Assembly (NCBI RefSeq): GCF_018350175.1
Contig: NC_058382.1
Span: forward strand, 50,902,001 to 50,966,000
Reading direction: 5' to 3'
Origin: Felis catus
Taxonomy: Eukaryota
DNA: 64,000 nucleotides
Shown: in pieces, positions 62,341 through 64,000 of the stretch
How the letters are laid out: every line of letters starts with the position of its first letter
Position numbering within the stretch: the first letter of the stretch is position 1
The notes under the pieces: model-generated
What the model was told of the DNA's origin: nothing
Database searches by the model: none
What the model saw: only the letters and a program-made list of their open reading frames with translations
Made by a program: the position numbers and the translations under genes

Positions 62341-62563
62341 TTTTTTTAATTTTTTTTCAACGTTTTTTATTTATTTTTGGGACAGAGAGAGACAGAGCAT
62401 GAACGGGGGAGGGGCAGAGAGAGAGGGAGACACAGAATCGGAAACAGGCTCCAGGCTCTGAGCCATCAGCCCAGCGCCCGACGCGGGGCTTGAACTCACG
62501 GACCGCGAGATCGTGACCTGGCTGAAGTCGGACGCTTAACCGACTGCGCCACCCAGGCGCCCC
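62341..62563 (-). mobile_element. Young felid SINEC_Fc-type SINE
   Basis: Perfect TSD AGAAAATAATTTATT at 62326-62340 and 62564-62578; CpG-rich. Confidence 0.96.
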
Positions 62564-62591
62564 AGAAAATAATTTATTTTTAAAAAATTAT

Positions 62592-63030
62592 AGGGGTGCC
62601 TGGGTGGCTCAGTCGGTTGAGTGTCTGACTTCGGCTCAGGTCATGATCTCACGGTTCATGGGTTCGAGCCCCGCGTCGAGCTCTGTGCTGAGAGCTTGGG
62701 GCCTGGAGCCTGCTTCAGATTCTGTGTGTGTCTCTCTCTCTGCTCCTCCCCTGCTCACACTCTGTCTCTCTCTCAACAATAAATAAAGATTAAAAACATT
62801 TTTTTTTGAAAAAAAAAATTATAGGGGTGCCTAGGTGGCTCAGGTGATTAAGCGCCAACTTCGGCTCAGGTCATGATCTCGCGGTTCGTGAGTTCGAGCC
62901 CCACCTCGAGCTCTGTGCTGACAGCTCAGAGGCTGGGGCCTGCTTCAGATTCTGTGTCTCCCTCTCTCTCTGCTCCTTCCCCACTTGTGCTCTTTCTGTG
63001 TCTCTCAAAAATAAACACTAAAATTTTTTT
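62592..63030 (+). mobile_element. Two tandem CAN-SINEs (62592-62818, 62824-63030)
   Basis: Both are preceded by AAAAATTATA(G). Confidence 0.93.
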
Positions 63031-63629
63031 TTTAATTATAAAGGATTGATCAAGTCATTTGGAGTAATACCCGGTGTCCCCATTTCACTGTGATCCATAT
63101 AAATGTTATTTAAGTTCTCAAATCAGATATCCTCATAATAAGAAACTTTTAAATGTAATGAAAAATAAAGAACTTTAAAAACATTAAGTTTCCTGATTAT
63201 GTTTACATCTTCGTCATGGAATTTTTCACTCAAGAATTAACACTTTAGTGAACCTTATTTTTTTTCTAAATTGCTTCTGGAGACTAAAATAAAATCATAG
63301 GTGATAAACAAAAATAGAATCATAGCCTTTTATATGGGATGAAGACAGCTGCTCAAAATTCAATCTTAACTTGCAGCCAGCAGCGATATTTGAATGTCAG
63401 GGACTAACCTGGGGAGTAAACAAGTAAATAGTATATTCAATGACTGCAAATAGTATTTTAAAAAAATTCTTGAAACATAATTTGATTTCCAAATAGAAGC
63501 TTATATATTCAGATCAAAAAGTTTTTACAAAGTCCCTAGTATAAAAAGCAAACACTCCATTCACTTATTCTTTTAAGCCTTTACTAAAATCATTTATATA
63601 TATCAGACCTTATTGTAGGCATTGGGAAT

Positions 63630-64000
63630 TGTATTAGTTATCTATTGATGCATAACAAAATAAATTCCAAAACTCTGCAGCTGAAAACAGAAAACGTTGA
63701 AGATCAGGAATCTGAGAGCAGTGTAGCTGGGTCGTTCTGACTCAGGGTCTCCCACGGGGTTGCCATCAAAATGGAGTCCAGGATTTTGGACATCCGAAGG
63801 TGTAAAACACCTCCCTGGTGTTTTACAATCTTCTTCTAAGGCCACTCATGTGACTACTGGCTGGAGGCCTCAGTTCCTCACTGAGTATGTCCCCTCCATA
63901 GAGCTATTCATGACATGGCGGCTGACCTTTTCTTCCCTGAACGCGCAATCCAAGAGACAGCAAGTACACCACCAAGACAGAAGCAGCAGTTATTTACGAC
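63630..64000 (-). mobile_element. MaLR LTR (MLT1F/G-like), runs off the window
   Basis: TGTATTAGTTATCTATTGATGCATAACAAA..TCAGGAATCTG..CTCAGGGTCTC..CTGGAGGCCTCAGTTCCTCA. Confidence 0.8.

Overview
This is mammalian nuclear DNA from a felid: it holds about 35 tRNA-derived CAN-SINEs, including young SINEC_Fc-type copies, plus carnivore L1 3' UTRs. It comes from a gapped draft assembly with five N-gaps, all inside or abutting repeats. The window looks intronic or intergenic. I cannot support any protein-coding exon, and the ORF track mostly reflects SINE, L1, LTR and microsatellite sequence. The main non-TE feature is a degenerate ~1.7 kb nuclear copy of mitochondrial DNA (NUMT, ~50319-52003). It is collinear with mtDNA (COX3 3' half, tRNA-Gly, ND3, tRNA-Arg, ND4L, ND4 5' part), carries frameshifts and CpG decay, and is split by a later SINE with a target-site duplication (TSD). 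Other events readable from the sequence are an L1 with a ~98 bp 3' transduction and second A-tail inside a perfect 13 bp TSD (58679-60378), a twin-primed 5'-inverted old L1 (16617-17681), a three-level MER21 > Tigger5/MER47 > SINE nest (25260-26850), SINE pile-ups and inverted SINE pairs, and an ERVL pol relic at the left edge. I found no convincing previously undescribed biological system. The most speculative functional leads are a cluster of splice signals at ~32013-32084 and an AP-1/NRF1/ETS motif trio at ~29707-29787. Repeat family names and mtDNA comparisons are from recalled consensus sequences, not database searches, and many boundaries are approximate.
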